Of a stretch of DNA of 64,000 nt, positions 1 through 12,321 are shown in pieces (the stretch's first letter is position 1; every line of letters starts with the position of its first letter). This DNA comes from Utricularia gibba (Eukaryota > Plantae > Magnoliophyta). The position numbers were made by a program, and so were the translations under genes. The DNA is taken from positions 2,170,001-2,234,000 of the forward strand of contig NEEC01000012.1 in assembly GCA_002189035.1 (NCBI GenBank), read 5' to 3'. The notes under the pieces were generated by a model that saw only the letters and a program-made list of their open reading frames with translations, ran no database searches and was not told the origin of the DNA.

Positions 1-138
1 TTCATATAATTTCAATGTTACTCAGCTCTTTTGACTTCAATTTGGGATGCAAAAACATCGATCCATTTGGAATAAGCATTCCCCAGTCTCAATAAAAAAA
101 ATAATCAAGCATCAGAAATAGAAGCAAGGAACAATTAC

Positions 139-551
139 CAGGAAAGTGTAGCATTCAACAGAAACGCCTTGGTGGTAACAAATCGAAGACCCATCTCAAT
201 TTTCGTAAAAATACCGTCAACACCGCCGCCGTAGGCGTTTTTTCTCCCCGACCCACTATACCCATAACCATAACTGTACGAAGAATTAGAAGCGGTTTCA
301 CCCCTGTAATGAGAAGTACGGCGATTATACGCGGATCTGGCGTGATTGTAATCAGCGCGCTTTACATCATCGATCAGGACCTCATACGCCTCTGATATCC
401 GTCTAAACCTATGAGCCGCGGATTCGCGTAACTGCTTCGAGGAGTGTGAGTGTTTATCCGGATGGAACTCCATCGCCAATTTTCTGAAAGCCTTTTTAAT
501 TTCTTCCTTGCTCGCGTTGTTGTTCACACCCAGAGCCCTGTAATGATCCAT
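139..551 (-). CDS. DnaJ/Hsp40 J-domain protein (dnaJ 72-like), first exon only; gene continues toward or beyond the window start
   Basis: MDHYRALGV...EEIKKAFRKLAMEFHPDKH has the J-domain HPD motif, followed by a Y/G-rich linker and FLLNATL. A donor TG|GTAATT lies at 139/138. Confidence 0.9.
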
Positions 552-1027
552 TTCGGCGATTCTGATCCCGTTCTCCGATAAATCCCCCGCCTAGCTACAA
601 ATTCGATTCGGCTCCGAGATCAAAAAGCGGCGGTGGGCGGGGACTCTGCTAGTCTGCTGCCGTGGCCATCATTCGGCCGCATGCAATTTCTGGTTCCATT
701 TTTTTGTTGGTAAGTATATAATTTCTGGTTCCATTTTCATATTTTTTTATAATTTCTAATCAATTTAATAAATTTAAAAATCAATCTGCCTCAAAATTAA
801 TATCATATTAGACTATAAACTCATGTTAATATTCATATTATGCTTTTGGGTTTTTTATTCTTTGATTATTGCTATAATTAAATATTAACTAGTAAAATGA
901 ATAATAAAAACATTAAAAATAATTTAATTAATTTTTCTAATAACAATAATTATTTATCGGAATATACTTAATATTTTGAAATATTAACTACTATTTTAGT
1001 TAACATTTTTTATTCATGATATTTAAT

Positions 1028-2479
1028 TTAAAATATAATATTTCCATATAACAGGCTGCAGTCTGCAGCTGCCAAAACGGCCGGTGCGAGAAAATGGAAG
1101 AACCGAGCGTTGGCGGCCTGTGTGAAATGGTAGCCATCCCAGCTGATGTACTGCCCCGGATTAGGGCAAACCGGAACTCCCGGTCCGCCGCAAAATCCGG
1201 GCTTGGTAACGTCGTACTCGTAGGTGCCGCAGCACTGGTGCACGGCAGTGCTCACATTGATCCCTGTCAAAGCAGTTTCGTGTTTAATAATTACTGACGT
1301 TCTCTTTTTTTTACAAGGGAAGAGAGTAATTCTGAGTTACCGTAGAGGGGCGCAGAGAGGAGGAAGAGCTGGAAGGTGTTGTAGTTGTCTAAGTAAGTGA
1401 CCTTGGCATCGGAGAATGCCACGGGCAGTGTTGCAATGGCATGCTGCAGGAGGCTGTTTAGGAGGATTGCAACTCCGTTCACAGCCTCGCTGCACCCGTA
1501 CTTATTGCGTAGGAAAGCGTTGGCACTGGAAGCGGCGCGGGGAGTGCATCCTATCGGAAATAAACCGGGAACTATGATCTTGGATGCCCCAGCGATATCA
1601 GTTCCTGTTCACAGGAAGGTGAATCAGAAGATCAGGCACGGTGGGTTTTCTCGTTTTCAATTCTGGATGCAGAATGCTTATTTATGTTGATGGTTTTCCT
1701 GCAGAAACTTTACCTTGACACCATCAAGGATGGCTTGAACAATGAAAGGAAGCAAAGCTTCAGTCTGTTCCATCGTCTTGTTTGCAAAGACTGCGAAGTT
1801 GATATCGTTCACACCGAATTCACCAAAGTAAAACAAAGAACTTCTCAACTTGTCCCTACACTCTGCAAAGTTGATTCGATATTGTCGAACGTTGTTACTG
1901 GGAATCACAATTGAGAAACATTCTGAATGAAACCTGATTCAGTGGAGCAAAGTGATCCAAGGTGGTCCTTAAACCACCCTAATTGATGGGAGAGGTCTGG
2001 AACAGGTAGACTCGATATGCCGTACTGGAGAAGGGTCGAGGCGTTGAGCGCGGTGGCTCCGCCCACCGCAAAGTTTACTCCACTTTGAAACGAAGCATTT
2101 CGATTGAGAGAAGGCTCCAAGAGTTGCAGCCCAAATAGCTCAGCTGTCAAGGTGGATGCAGAATAGCAAAAAGTGAACTAAAGCACCTCAAAGGAGGGAC
2201 CAAAATAAACCATATGCATTGTCTTTTTGGAATATTCCCACCTGCGTAATCCGGCAGAATGCGGCCATCTGACCAACGGCCAGTGGGAAAACCGGGATAA
2301 GTTTCTCCGAATGGTAGCTTCCCGGCGGCCGCGTTGGGGAAGAGTATAAGCAAGTTTCCAGCGTCGGATATGGAGTCTCCGAATTGATAAATGGCGTCAA
2401 TCGGGCAACCGGCGGCGGCGACGGAGCCGGCACCGGATGAGAAGGTCCACAAGCGCAATATGCTGATGATGAAACCCAT
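1028..2479 (-). CDS. GDSL esterase/lipase (SGNH hydrolase), 5 exons, with a -1 frameshift at 1587-1590
   Basis: Exons 2479-2242, 2143-1934, 1862-1714, 1604-1341 and 1263-1028, all GT-AG. Motifs: FGDSISDAGN (block I Ser), PTGRWSDGR, GVNFAVGGA, GEFGVND and SWDGYHFT (DxxH), plus an N-terminal signal-peptide-like segment. Confidence 0.9.
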
Positions 2480-5400
2480 CGAGGTGATTTGTTGTGTGTG
2501 TGCGTGTCCGGGTAATATAGGTGAAAAAGTTGCAAATTCAGTCCCTATGCCCATTTTTATTATTTTATAGCCCCCTAAATTTACAAATATGACAAATGAA
2601 CCCCTATAATTAAGAGATATATGAAAAGACACATTATCTAAATTAAATACCCAATATTACTCATCCAACTATCAAAATTGAGTAAAGTATCATCATACTT
2701 TTCAATTTTCACAAATGATATGATAAGAAATAATAAAAAAGTGTACAATCCCACCCAAATGATATGATAAAAAATTTTCAATTAAAGATATTTTTTATTT
2801 TTTGACAATAAAAATGATCTAAAATATCTAATTGTGACTTCAAAATTTAAATAATATATATTTCATACAATTAGTAAAATATTGAATATACTAACTACCC
2901 ACTTATATTGGATTAAATCATCAAAGATATTGATTTTTATTCATAATCATTGGTAGTTTATAAATTATATATTTTTCATAATGGACATTCAATGTGTATG
3001 AATCGTTTGACATTTTTTAGATTTCAAAAAACTAGAAATATAACGTATGAAGTGACATTTATAAATAATCTATTTCGTTTTTAATAATATATATTATATA
3101 AAAAAAATATAATCATATTTATATTTGATGTTGATTACATTATAGATGTCTGTTACTACCATACCATCCTTTATATTGATTTTTTTACTCATTGTGATGA
3201 CCTGTCCGGCGGAAGTACAAGAGTATTAAGCGAATCTAATATCAACTACGAATGAAGAATAAGATGAGATTGAGTAAAATTATCATATAAATCTTATATG
3301 AATTTTTTTTTCTAACATGACAAAGGATACTTGATAGCAACTTTAAAATTAATCATGATTAGCTTGAAGCAAAATATAAAACCATTAGGATTACGTATTT
3401 AAAATAAATAATATTATGCAAGATGAATGTTGATCGTTACACTCATTCATGCATAATCCAAGATGGAAATAGTTGTATTTAAATAGTTTTCATTATTTTT
3501 TTGTTTTGAATAATGCAATGGGATTATCGTCCCCAGCAAAAACCTTTCAGTACAATAACTGGCTCTGAACATCAGCTACAGATGACACACAGGATGGATA
3601 ACCTAATGAGCAGTACTTCGTTGGGGAACAAGGGTCACTCACGCCTTCAAAGATCGCCCAGCTGAGCTGATGGATTTTCAGTCTTTAACTAGCAATGTAA
3701 CCTGCCTGGCCTTCCTGGTTTTACCCCAAAGACAATGGCGGATTGAATATGACCAACTGCACAGGGAAGCTTAGAAGAGAAGAGAAGACCCATGGAGTGC
3801 CCGCATTGCAGCAGCGCTGTCTTGTCAATGAAGCAGCTTTGAATGAGCTACGGCGTAGCATGCCCCCCACCCAGTCTGGTTGTTCTGCAGCAACGGGGAG
3901 AAGTACACTTGTGATGTCGTAGCTGTACTATTTCATTTTTACTGGGCATTGGTTGCTTTATGTGTAAGTGGGTTATGATATTTCATATTGATTAATAACT
4001 AGGTAAGTGACGTACTTAAATAAAATAGTTCTTCTATGCATGGAATTACTTTTTATCATAAAAGTAAAACAAAAATGTATGAAAATTAAATATGTAAAAC
4101 AGATAATATCATATAAAATAAATATGAATCGTGGTATTGTGATCTTGTTGTTGTTGAGAGTCCCATTCTCATTCTCAACATTATTATCACACATCTCACC
4201 ATCATAGCTGAAGCCTGGATTGGGATCCATCGGAATCTGCGAGTTCCTTATTTTCTAAACAGACGTTGCTGTCAGAAGAATGTAGTGTCTTGGGTTCATT
4301 TGTTTTTCTGTTCCTGTTCTTGCTTTTCATGATCTGGTCTGAATGCTTCTTCCAACCCAATTCCATTTCTTCTCTGGATCCAAGGTTTGTGAACATGGCG
4401 CATCAGGTGCTGCCCAAGTCTCCTGCTGCTCAACTATTTTATGCACCTCTTCCTAATTCAACCATTCACAGTCATTACCATCACGGAGCAGCTTCCAAAC
4501 ACTTTCCAAGTCAACCTCCTCATGCAAAGAAAATTTCATACTCTCACAGTTTGTATATCCCGAACCTTCTGCAACTAGTCATAGGCAATTTCCGAATATT
4601 TGGGAAGCATATATTAGAGGTAGCAATTTTACGTCAAAAAATTAAAGTAACACAATCAAATATATATAAAAGATTATGTGTCACTAATATTTGTGTGAAT
4701 CTAATTTTTCAAGTGTGATTTCTATTTTTCCTAGCCTCGTCATCCCACTCAGCTCTTCTCTCGCTTCTTACGAGTAAGCTCTGATGTCTTCCTGCAGGTT
4801 TTTACAGCTCTCCCTGAATCTTTACCTCTTCTTTCAAATATTCAGGCATCCCACGCAAATCAGCTTTTGAATACATCAGTGCGATTTCAGAATTCAGGAG
4901 CACTGGTTTTATTTTTCTTCACACAATGTTATTCCATCTCAGCCGACACCTTAAATGTCTTGCTTCTGGTTTGCAGAACCCGGCAAACCTCTATTACCTC
5001 TGAGCTCATTGAGATTCTTTCTGGGAATCAGCACTGAAAGGAGAAGCCTAACCATGTGCATTATCCATCAGTCGCTTTATTCAAAATGAAGCTCATTCTG
5101 GCATTTTGCGGGGAACCCGAGCACAAATTCATGGTTAACGAGAGGGAATGGAAGATATCATGATGAGCCTGTTGTGTGAGATGGAACCCATCCCAACATA
5201 TATATTGATTTCTTGAACCAGGAACAAGAGATCTCTACAAGCACGAACAACAAGAAAAGCTGCAAAAAGCATAACTTGATCTTCATTATCTCAGTGCAGC
5301 ATTGACATGGTTGCAGTCAACTAATAAACAATGTTCCAAATTTGTAATCCATACCTGAATTGTATGAGAATCCTTTTGTTGGTAGGAAGCTAGATTTGGT

Positions 5401-5540
5401 TACGGATGGGCACAAAGCCGTACAAAGAAGGAATTGAGGCAGAGAAAAGCCAAACATTACTACATGGACTTTGACGCTCGTATTCATCAATTTGCATTCC
5501 CATGAAATAATGAAAATGCAAGTCTGCAAGTGATCAAGAA

Positions 5541-8015
5541 CTATCTTCTGATTCTTCTCTGCCGATGCCTGTCGCTTATACTGCTCATGCCTATTCCTAA
5601 TGATGTAGAGAAAACAGCTAATTTAATGCCCCTGGCCTCCGCAACACTGCGAATTCTTTGTGCATCTTGCACAAAGCCACCAGCTTCAAGTGAAGTAATA
5701 ATCCTGTAAAACTCTTCAGACTCCAGTTGATCGATTCTTGACTCAATGACTCCCAAGGCTTGGAGGGCCTTCTTTTCATTCCCAGTCCTAGAGTACATGT
5801 CACAAAGGCTAATATGGAGCTTAAATGGTGGTGCATCGCCGAGTGCAGCAATGTTATCCAGCAGCTGTTCAGCTTCATCAAAGAGCTCCAACCTAGTAAG
5901 CCAATCTACAAAAGTTGTGTAAGTAAGAACCCCAGTTAAAAAGCCATCATTCTCAAGCTCCAATAGGAGATTCAAGGCCTTGTCTAATAAATTATTCTTC
6001 TGGTACGCGGATATCATAGTTGAGATGCACTTATCATCTGGCCTAAGTCCAAGCGTTCTCATATAATCAAAATTACGCCTGGCGTTTTCTGGGTCACCAA
6101 GTCTTGCATACACCTCAACCATCAGTGTACAAGATTCTAGAGTTGGTTGAATGCCAACAAATTGCATTGTGGTGGATATTCTATCAGCTCCAACTGCATC
6201 TCCACGATGAGCAAAGGACTGCAACAAGGCAATATATATCTCACTTGTAACCTGCAAGTCGTTGTTTTCCATTTCTCTCATCAAAGTCTCACCAAGTTGT
6301 GGACGACCAGCACGTGCGTAGGCCATGATCATAGAGGTGTACACTTTCGTGTCTGGCTGAAATCCCTTCGCCCGTAAGCTCTCAAACTCTTCCTTTGCTC
6401 GATCTAGATTCCCAGATGCACAATACATCTGCATTGCAATAATTGATGTGATAACGTCTGGAAGAATGCCATTGTCAACCATTTTCTTCAGAATTCTTTC
6501 AGCATCTTCGATCCTATTTTCTTTTGCGAGGGCATCAGCTAATTTTGAGTAGTCATGGGTGGTTGCTTTGAAGGACTCCTCAGTTACTGCATATTCTGAA
6601 ATCTACACAATAAGTCAAAAACTATCAACTTACCGCCTGATGTAGAGAAGAAACATAATCAGAAGCTTGGCATACTGAAAGACAAAAACATGCATTTTCA
6701 AAATTACATTTGTTAATACCTAAAGACTTTTTGAATGGCTCATTTAATGTTGCAAATATACTTAAAAGGTTAGCATTAAAAGAAGATTGTTTTTTTACTA
6801 ACATCAGTAGTACCTGAGAAAGAATACTTTTTAGACAGTAAGAATTGACATTCTACAAAATACCTTAAAATATAGCCTGGAATTAGAAACTTTCAATTCA
6901 TCCAGAAGCGCTATCCAATCATTCCGGCTAGGCTGTAGAAGGGCAATCCATTCGGCTAACAGTGGCGCAGGATCATCCTCTTCCAGCGAAGACATGATCT
7001 TACTGGTAACAAGCTTGCATTTACCAGAAATCATCTTTGGACTCTGAGGCCAAACATCCTCAACATTTTCATGAATTTTATTGGCTACTGCAGCCCATTC
7101 AGGGCGAGATAAATCAAGCCCATAAATCTTATACTTGAGGCTTCCATGCCTCTTTGGGAGGCTGTCAATTCTTGCTTTACCTTCACCAACCCCAAAATCA
7201 TTTTCCATGCCCTTTGATCCAAGAGTTTCCTTTTGTAAATGCACCTTTTCATGGGATTTCATCTCCATATTCTCCTTTCTGATTTTCTCTAGATTCTCAT
7301 AAAACTCACTTTCCTCCATCTTTTCCCGAGCCCACTTAAACCTAAGCTCTCTCAGCAAGTCACCACGAATGCCGATTTGGCCAGCAATCCTGTACATCTC
7401 CTTAACTTCCTCGGACTGAAGAAAGGTTTTCATGTTCTCTTTTTTCTTCTCCTTATCCATATCCTGAAGAACCTGATTGCTTGTTTCCCATACAGTCTCC
7501 CATAAATCTACACTGAAATCCTTCGGATGCTCAGAAATATCAGCGCCCATCAATCGCTCCAAACCACCCTTTTCCAGCTCTGAAACAACCTTCTCAACGA
7601 TAATCACGAGCATCCCATCGATAGCATTCTTCTCAGAGCCAGGAAATGCATCATTGAGCCTTTTCCTCATAATCCAAACAAAACGCGACAAGAAGTCATT
7701 CGTAGTTCCGTCATGTTTAATCTCGCCTCCTACACTGCTCGATGATGCATCATTACCAAATTGCTGCACGGAATGAACATGTCTACCGAAATGCTTCAGA
7801 AATTGGAAGTCTTTAACAACATGGAGTGAAGGCAGGCCATAAAAACATCTTATAGGTGGCTGAAACAAAGAAGTTGTAGATACGGTGCTATTTCCAACAC
7901 ACTGGAAACAAGAAAAGCGCGATAACAAAAACCCACTTCTGATCACTGATGTATTCACAACACCTGATCTGCTAACCAAGCGCCTCAAATTTATCATCCC
8001 TCCTCCCCCACACAT
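5541..8015 (-). CDS. NFD5: Mitochondrial-type PPR protein, NUCLEAR FUSION DEFECTIVE 5-like (2 exons)
   Basis: Exons 8015-6864 and 6602-5541. The N-terminal half carries the NFD5 signatures FLSRFVWIMR, AGQIGIRGDLLRELRFKWAREKM and LKYKIYGLDLS. The C-terminal exon is a P-type PPR tract (e.g. FQPDTKVYTSMIMAYARAG). Confidence 0.88.
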
Positions 8016-8195
8016 TCAGCAAGTGAAAACAAAGTGCAATCACAAGGCTTTGCTTCACAAAAAGCTGCCACCGAGTCAAATAAACATCTGATTCAAATGC
8101 ATGTAAACACGAGATGCCAATCGCATTACCTCAAGCTCTTGATTCAGTGGAAAATTCAGAGAGATCACTCAAACAGCTTGTCAGCAGAGTGCGGA

Positions 8196-8260
8196 AAACC
8201 CTAGTAGAACTCAGCTTCGCTTCATTTTGGGCAGAATATTCTCACTCCACTAATTGGGCC
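8196..8260. promoter_or_regulatory. Telo-box plus site II element upstream of NFD5
   Basis: AAACCCTA at 8196-8203 and TGGGCC at 8255-8260, about 180-245 nt upstream of the ATG. This combination is typical of housekeeping, mitochondrial and translation-related promoters. Confidence 0.5.
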
Positions 8261-8627
8261 TTCGCGACCCATTCTACAGAGTCCAGGCCTGCACTTGCCC
8301 TTCATTAACTAAACCAGCCAGAAACCGTCCAAATTCTACTCAAGTTGTTTCTCAGTGGTTTTATTTATTTAATTAATAAAATATAAATTTTAAAATTTTT
8401 TAAAGAAATTACAAGACTATTTTATTAAAAACATTTCTCAAAAACTGTTTATGAAAAAAAAAAGGGCAAAAAAACCTGATTAACAATGGATATATTAAAC
8501 AGTTTTAGTAGGGGGCTCTTAATACACAAACATAGAAATTTCGAATATCGTTTATGATACACATGAATCTACTAATGCAAGCCTCCATCACTAAGTAAAT
8601 CCACAGCAGTAGCCAAGGAAGGAGTTA

Positions 8628-8820
8628 ATAAACCAGAAGACACCCACATTTCATGTTACAGTTCTCGCTTGGGATGGGCTTTCAGTATCCCAGGGAGAGG
8701 AGAGGAGCCAGGGATTGTACCTAAAGCAGAAGACACCCACATTTCATGTTAAAGTTCTAGCTTGGGATGGGATTTCAGTACCCTCGGGAGAGAGGAGAGG
8801 AGAGGAGACAGGCATTGTAC
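8628..8820. repeat. Tandem duplication at the DP 3' end: copy A 8721-8820 (100 nt) and copy B 8628-8720 (93 nt)
   Basis: The copies align directly with about 9-10 substitutions and a 7-nt expansion of a CT-rich tract in copy A. Confidence 0.95.
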
Positions 8821-11109
8821 CTAGTGAGGCATTTGGCTGAGGTGATCTGGGGTAGTGTTGATCTGGCCGGATGGTGGACTTGTCTCCAACGGCTGGATTG
8901 GCCGGAATCTTTTCTGCATCCGTCTGTGGTGTCTCACAGAATTTCATCGCCTTGAGAACGTAGTTATCATCATGCAGCTCAAAGGGAGTGCTGCAAAGAG
9001 GTAGAGTGATAAAGGTTGACCCGAAGGTTGCTAAGGTGCAAACAAAGTGCTCCAGACTCAAGCTTAGTGTCCTGAGAGTTTTGTGTACACAAGTCTAGTG
9101 TTTGAACTCTCTAGCATACCTGTTGAAATCAAAGTGAACTAGTTGCATATCTTCTGAGATCTCTACCTCCACAGTAGCATGAGGACGAGTCTGCAGATTT
9201 AAAGAGTTGGATCAGGAAATCCATCCATGCCAAATCATGCAATAAGTACAGCAAAATCAACCTGAACTAAAATAAAAGGCAGTGCAACTCCACCAGACGG
9301 AGCGTTTCCTGATCCATATAACTTCTCATTGCGTGCAATGAGGTTTTGGAGACCAATGTACTGCAAGTGGGACCGATGTTTCATGACAAATGACAAGCTT
9401 GAGAAATAGAGACAGCCCTTGAGAAGTCTTAACCTGTTGCTCTAGCTCTTCCAGATATGCTGCCTTCTTTTCTATGCGGTTTCGAAGTGCAATGGTTTCA
9501 TTCTGGGGATCAAGTTTACAATAGAAAAGGGAGGAGAAGCTGTTCTTCGATTATTCAACAAAAATGGCCAGAAGAAGGCATGCATGTAAACAAAATTAAA
9601 CAAAAGTCTACCTTTAATTCATCGATGTCGTTCAAGCTAGTACAGGGAAGACCTTTCCACTGTATTTCCTTCTTATCTTTGGAGATTATATCCATGGCCA
9701 TTAGGACATTAAGAGCATCATACACCCGCCGCCGTATATTTTTCTCATCATATTGTTGCTGTTGAAAGTATAATGGGATCAAGAAGAGTTTTTCAGTCCC
9801 ACGACTACAATGCATGAATAAACAATTTTTTAACACACATCCAAAATTAACCTGATCTGGAGCAAGACTATTGCTAGGATCAGCAAATTCAGCAACGAGT
9901 TCATCTGCCACCTGAAAGGATTTTACTCAGGGCAAACAAGATTTGAAGCACACATCTGGTGAATAGAGGCTTAGCTTTCATGTACCTCATTATATGTTGT
10001 CCTTCCCTTGCTTTCAACTTTCTTGCATACTACCACAAGAACAAAAATAGATGATAAAATGCAACTGATATTGAAAGCAAAGCCATTCTTACAATCTCTA
10101 CTACGAAGTACACCACTCAATACATATCTAAGTAGGTAGAGAGAACATGCCTTTCATGCTGAACTGGCGGAGCCCTCGACCACTCTTGTCACCTCCTGTT
10201 GCACGTTGCCCTCTCTTCTTCCTGTTGCTGCTCCATTGAATATATATTGCTTGATGAGAATAAAGTTTCAAAGGACAGTTTGTAAAAAAACTGTTGAAGA
10301 GTACTAAATATCCAACCAGGCAAAAGTGTTCTTAGATTACCATTAGAAGTTATGCTAGTTGTTTTAGGAGTAGAAAACAACCCTTCGCAGCCAACTAATT
10401 CACAACGCAATGCAGAAACTAGGGTACTATTTCTTCGCCTGTTATAGCTCCTTACTCTAAATTTATGCCCCTCAATAAGCCATAGCCCCAAAGAACACCT
10501 TGCTTTTTTCAAAAGAATTGAAGAAAAAGGAACAATGACAAACAAAATCCGGTTTCACTCTAAAATATGCCATTGGGACAAAGCATAGCTGCTAAAGAAT
10601 TTTAAGCTACTTTCAACATTAAACTTTCAAATACATAAATTCTGATAAATCATTCCCAAAAGCCCCTCAACAGTCGGACATTTTGAGTTTCTGCAGGAGT
10701 CAATCTATAACATCAAATCTACAAAAACAAAACCCTTCAGTTCTTGAAAATTTGCTGAACCCATGTAACGCAAACAAGGATCTTGAGGTAGCATAAATTG
10801 AACCCGTTACAAAGAATGTGAATTAAGGTATTATGCTCACCCAGTTGTCCCCTGTGACCCTGCATCGTCCCCTTGAATATCAAAATTGCTCAACTGATGG
10901 AGTGTACTGTCACTAGCAGCAGCAGCCGTCGCCACCTCACTCCGGCTGGACGGAGATCCAACGCTGCCGCTGGTAGACATAGATTGGCCCGATACAGTGG
11001 TGCCCCATGACCTGGCAGCTCCATTGGCATCCACTCTAGAACCTCTTGATGGGTTTTTCTTATCCCCTTCTTCGTGATTAACCTTTCCATTCAGCCCGCG
11101 ATTCACCAT
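8656..11109 (-). CDS. DPB: E2F dimerization partner transcription factor (DPB-like), multi-exon
   Basis: Spliced exons give [108 protein letters not shown]. The stop is at 8656 if the 8820-8721 intron is spliced and at 8744 if it is retained. Confidence 0.93.
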
Positions 11110-11855
11110 AGTCAGAGCAAACCCAGAGAACCCACAAAACTGATAACTTTTAGAAAACTATCCAGTTTCCGAAAGATCAACACCAACCAACGAAGTCTCA
11201 CAGGCACCAATAAGTCAACCTGGTTGCATAATCCCTCCGACAAAAAAAGACCCAATTCCTGAAACTGAATTCTTCTATTAAATAATCGGGTTCGCCGGAA
11301 AACCAACAATCAACTAAACAGGATCTTCACTGCACTCCGATGATACAGATGGCGCCACCCTCAGGGCAGACCCAAATGATCAGAATCACAATACCAAGAA
11401 GAGAAGGGAGGCAACGCGAAGCCGAGAAGTGGGATTGTCGATTATGAGAACTGACACGTAGAAGGATGAATCGCGGTAAAACTTTCAGCATCCAAAGCTC
11501 AAAGGAAGAAACAATTCACGAATATTTTTGTAGGGTTTTTATATTACTGCAATTTAGTCACTGAAATTACAATATTTGTAGGATAAATTATTAATTCCAG
11601 TTAATCAATAAAGATAGAACTTAAAAGGAAATATTATATACATTTTAAGGCCGCTACTTTAAATTGTTAATTTAATATTTAAAAAGTTGTATTTAGTAAA
11701 AGATAAATATTATGTTGTATTATACTTGTCAACATTACATGAAGCATTTAGTAATATATTTTAATTAATTATATAATTCAATTATTTTTATTAAAACATA
11801 TTATATGATTAAGATTAAAATAATATTACATTTAACGAATATACTTAAAATAGAC

Positions 11856-11875
11856 ATATATATATATATATATAT
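11856..11875. repeat. (AT)n microsatellite
   Basis: Run of alternating AT in an AT-rich intergenic spacer. Confidence 0.9.
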
Positions 11876-12022
11876 TATCCAATCAAAATTTTGATTAAAA
11901 AAGTATTAATAGAATAATTATAAAAAATATAGTTATAAAAATTATATAAATATATTACAAATTTCAAATATATTTTAAATTATAGGATGATATTTGATAA
12001 TATAGTATAAAAGATTTATATC

Positions 12023-12025
<3 letters not shown>

Positions 12026-12053
<28 letters not shown>
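12026..12053. repeat. (AT)n microsatellite
   Basis: Run of about 14 AT units. Confidence 0.9.
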
Positions 12054-12057
<4 letters not shown>

Positions 12058-12321
12058 CATATAATTATTTTTAAATTTATAAATAATAAACACAACTAAA
12101 TTAAAAAATTAATTATATTTATATCATTTATATATTCAATTATATATTTTTAAATATATTGATATCCGAATATCTAAGTATCTTTAAATATACTATTAAC
12201 CTTAACAGAAATAAGTTAATTGAATACAAGAACATAACAACTACAGTGCGTTCTGCAACTTAAAAGAGGGCAGAAAACTAATGAACTACTTCTCATAGAT
12301 CATGGAGCTCAAAGTTTTTCT

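Noticed and set aside
686-738. 17-nt direct repeat ATTTCTGGTTCCATTTT (two copies)
   Set aside because: A small local duplication in an intergenic spacer with no associated signal.
2521-2610. Sequence resembling a MULE terminal repeat (TTGCAAATTCAGTCCCT...)
   Set aside because: No partner inverted end or 9-bp target-site duplication is visible.
3510-3560. Short ORF starting MQWD, resembling the ENOD40 peptide; also CAGGCAAGTCA near 20945
   Set aside because: The IHGS end is missing, and the region-2 motif (AACCGGCAAGTCA...GGCAAT) is not completed at either site.
5155-5220. ATGATGA box C-like motif
   Set aside because: No CTGA box D at a suitable distance.
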